A DNA stretch of 64,000 nucleotides, from assembly GCA_019358935.1 (NCBI GenBank), contig JAHHIK010000015.1, forward strand, positions 1 to 64,000, written 5' to 3'. Numbering within the stretch: the first letter of the stretch is position 1; each line of letters opens with the position of its first letter. The stretch is from Tolypothrix carrinoi HA7290-LM1 (GTDB lineage: Bacteria; Cyanobacteriota; Cyanobacteriia; Cyanobacteriales; Nostocaceae). The notes under the pieces are model-generated. The model was not told the DNA's origin and ran no database searches. It saw nothing but the letters and a program-made list of their open reading frames with translations. Positions 61,520 through 64,000 of this stretch are shown piece after piece. A program made the position numbers and the translations under genes.

Positions 61520-63754
61520 ATGCCTTCACATGCCGAATCGTCTTTGGAGGCTGGTTTAGTTGCCCTCAAACAAGGGGATTATAAAAATGCGATCGCTCAA
61601 CTTGAACCGATTGCTAGCAATACCGATCAAAGAAAAGTTGCTGTATTGCAAGCTAAAGTAGGGTTGGTGATGGCTTATGCACGCAGCGGCGATAACTCGA
61701 AAGCGATCGCCCTGTGTCAAACTCTTACAGAGATTAACAATCCTCAAGTTAAGCAGTGGGCAGACCGCGCCCTCAAAGAATTGACAAAACCGAAAAAATC
61801 TGATAAAGAATCAAAAAAATCCGAAACTGGATTTGTCCCCATTAAAAATTCCGGCGATAATTATCGCCCAGAACCTCCTCCAATCAATCCCTTAAATTCG
61901 TCGGTAACACAAGTAGTAGTCAAAATTAATAATCCCAGCAACGAATCAGATAACTTTTTACCACCAGCTAATCGACTCGCCAAAAATACACAAATGTATT
62001 GGCGACACGCTGGACGCGCAAAGGTATGGCAACCCAGGCACAAGTCAAATTTACTACCTTTACGGCTGCTGACAGCAGGTACATTCGTCGCTCTCTTTTG
62101 GGTGATGCGGGCAATTCTCAAGCTGCTGATGAATTGGAGCAATAATATTTTATACAATATCCGCTTGCAGCCATTGCAGCTTTTTTATCGAGATCCAACT
62201 CAATTTCTGCTGATAGTCTTGGGAATTCTGATTTTAGCATCGCCTTGGTTGTTAGATTGGCTGCTGACTAACTTTTATGGTCGGCGACAGTTGCCCAAAG
62301 AAACCTTAAATATTCACAGTCGCGAAGCGGTGCGACTGCTGCAACGTTACTGTCAACAGCGACGCTGGCGATCGCCCAAATTAAGTATTTTACCGATCGC
62401 TGCACCAATTGCCCTGAGTTACGGTCATTTACCCCGCACTGCTCGAATTGTAGTTAGTCAAGGGTTATTAGAGCAACTAGCAGATGATGAAATCGCCACA
62501 ATCTATGCCAGTCAGTTGGCGCATATTGCCCACGGTGATTGTCTGGTGATGTCTTTGGTGTTGCTGGTGACGCTGCCGATTTATCGAGTATATCAACAAG
62601 TTTCCCAGTGGACTGACAATATACCAAATAAAATTTTGCATCTACCGGGAGTAGTAATATCTAGTCTGGCTTATGGCGTTTGGTGTTTGCTGACTGGCAC
62701 GGCTTTATGGTTATCTAAGTTGCGGCTTTATTATAGCGATCGCCTAGCTGCCGAAATCACCGGTAATCCAAATGCTTTAGTTCGCGCTTTCCTAAAAATT
62801 TCTATTGGCATTGCAACAGATATCGAAAAACAAGAACACACTTCTTGGCAAATCGAAAGTCTGAATATCTTAGCACCAGTCAGTTACCAACAGAGTGTTT
62901 GTTTAGGTAGTATTGCTGGTCAAATTCCTTTTGAATCATTTTTAATGTGGGATAGTCTCAATCCTTATCGGCGATGGTTTACAATTAACAATAGTCACCC
63001 AATAATTGGCGATCGCATCCAACGCCTTTGTGAAATAGCTCGCCATTGGCATTTAGACCTAGAACTATATCTCACCAATCAACAACCCTTAAAAATCAAG
63101 CGTCATTCTTTTATTTTACAAATCGCGCCTTTTTTAGGAATTCCTTTCGGTTTGATGTTTGCTGGTCTTTTATGCCTAATCTGGCAAATAGCATTCGCAT
63201 TCAAGTTGTTGAATTTGAAGTGGATATACGACGATTGGTCATTCGTTACAGGTTGTGTACTTATTGGCATTAGCATCGGTACTGTCATGCGGATTCTTTA
63301 TTTCTTTCCCGATGCAGATATGAAACCTTCGATACTGCAAAGTTTTCTACCTGATGCTAGCACCACCGTACACGCTGGCGATCGCCTGCCCAATTTGTTA
63401 GCTAACCCATCAGCCTTGCCTATCGACAGTATCAGAGTGCGTCTTGTTGGTAAGTTATTAGGTCGTAAAGGCACTAGCAACTCTTTAGAACAAGACTTAA
63501 TTTTACAAACTAACACTGGTTTAGTGAAATTACATCATATTTCTGGGCTGTTGCAGTTAGTCAATCCCCAAGACTGGATTGGTCGGCAAATTACTGTTAC
63601 AGGTTGGTTTCGTCGAGGTGCGACTCCTTGGATCGACATCCAAACGTTACAAACTCAAAACGGTCAAACTATTAATAGTTTTCATCTTCTTTGGTCTATG
63701 GTTTTGGCAGTTGCAACACTAGCTTGGGGTGGGTACATCCTTTTAAAGGGGTAG
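61520..63754 (+). CDS. TPR + M48/HtpX-like membrane protein with degenerate zinc motif
   Basis: N-terminal TPR-like helices, IVVSQGLLEQL.DDE, SQLAH in place of HExxH, SHP..GDRI. Confidence 0.8.
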   Translation: MPSHAESSLEAGLVALKQGDYKNAIAQLEPIASNTDQRKVAVLQAKVGLVMAYARSGDNSKAIALCQTLTEINNPQVKQWADRALKELTKPKKSDKESKKSETGFVPIKNSGDNYRPEPPPINPLNSSVTQVVVKINNPSNESDNFLPPANRLAKNTQMYWRHAGRAKVWQPRHKSNLLPLRLLTAGTFVALFWVMRAILKLLMNWSNNILYNIRLQPLQLFYRDPTQFLLIVLGILILASPWLLDWLLTNFYGRRQLPKETLNIHSREAVRLLQRYCQQRRWRSPKLSILPIAAPIALSYGHLPRTARIVVSQGLLEQLADDEIATIYASQLAHIAHGDCLVMSLVLLVTLPIYRVYQQVSQWTDNIPNKILHLPGVVISSLAYGVWCLLTGTALWLSKLRLYYSDRLAAEITGNPNALVRAFLKISIGIATDIEKQEHTSWQIESLNILAPVSYQQSVCLGSIAGQIPFESFLMWDSLNPYRRWFTINNSHPIIGDRIQRLCEIARHWHLDLELYLTNQQPLKIKRHSFILQIAPFLGIPFGLMFAGLLCLIWQIAFAFKLLNLKWIYDDWSFVTGCVLIGISIGTVMRILYFFPDADMKPSILQSFLPDASTTVHAGDRLPNLLANPSALPIDSIRVRLVGKLLGRKGTSNSLEQDLILQTNTGLVKLHHISGLLQLVNPQDWIGRQITVTGWFRRGATPWIDIQTLQTQNGQTINSFHLLWSMVLAVATLAWGGYILLKG

Positions 63755-63769
63755 TTGTTATTAGTTAGG

Positions 63770-63930
63770 GGATAGTTGATAGTTGATGGTTGTTGGTTGA
63801 TAGTTGATAGTTGTTGGTTGAGGGTTAACAGTCAAAAGTCAATAGTTATCGACGCTCCCACCATCGACTATCCACCATCGACGCTCCCACCATCGACGCT
63901 CCCACCATCGACGCTCCCACCATCGACGCT
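63770..63930. repeat. STRR / 15-mer tandem repeats
   Basis: (GATAGTT)n and (CCACCATCGACGCTC)n. Confidence 0.85.
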
Positions 63931-64000
63931 TTATTTTCCTAAATGTTACATTTCTTAACACAATTAGCAACTGACATAACTGAGTTTTGTAACTTAGTGA

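Overview
This 64-kb window comes from a heterocyst-forming (Nostocales-type) cyanobacterium: it has many HIP1 octamers (GCGATCGC), heptameric STRR tracts, and the genes hetZ-patU, amiC1-amiC2-murI and psaFJL-gmk. Most of it is core genome: ribD, mreBCD, ssb, sds, remA, gmk, tsaD, tRNA-Pro, tic22, prmC, tsaC, secDF, pdhB, hemB and prfC. Two things stand out. (1) A ~5.5-kb accessory cassette at 30.9-36.4 kb looks like an undescribed NRPS/PKS-free biosynthetic cluster for a small basic-amino-acid-derived amine. It encodes a truncated DUF3326 protein, an Orn/Lys/Arg-type PLP decarboxylase, a stand-alone SET methyltransferase, an SDR, a GntB-like membrane di-iron desaturase/hydroxylase, and a convergent SxtM/GntT-like MATE exporter. 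(2) A TnpB-only IS200/IS605 element has inserted after TTAC inside the 5' coding region of ribD. Smaller observations include a 24-nt in-frame insertion into a HIP1 site in amiC1, a HetR box upstream of hetZ, a protein with a phycobiliprotein-like CLRD motif, four pseudogene relics not resolved by the ORF track, and several MITE-like and nested repeats. Family assignments come from motif recognition only; no searches were run.
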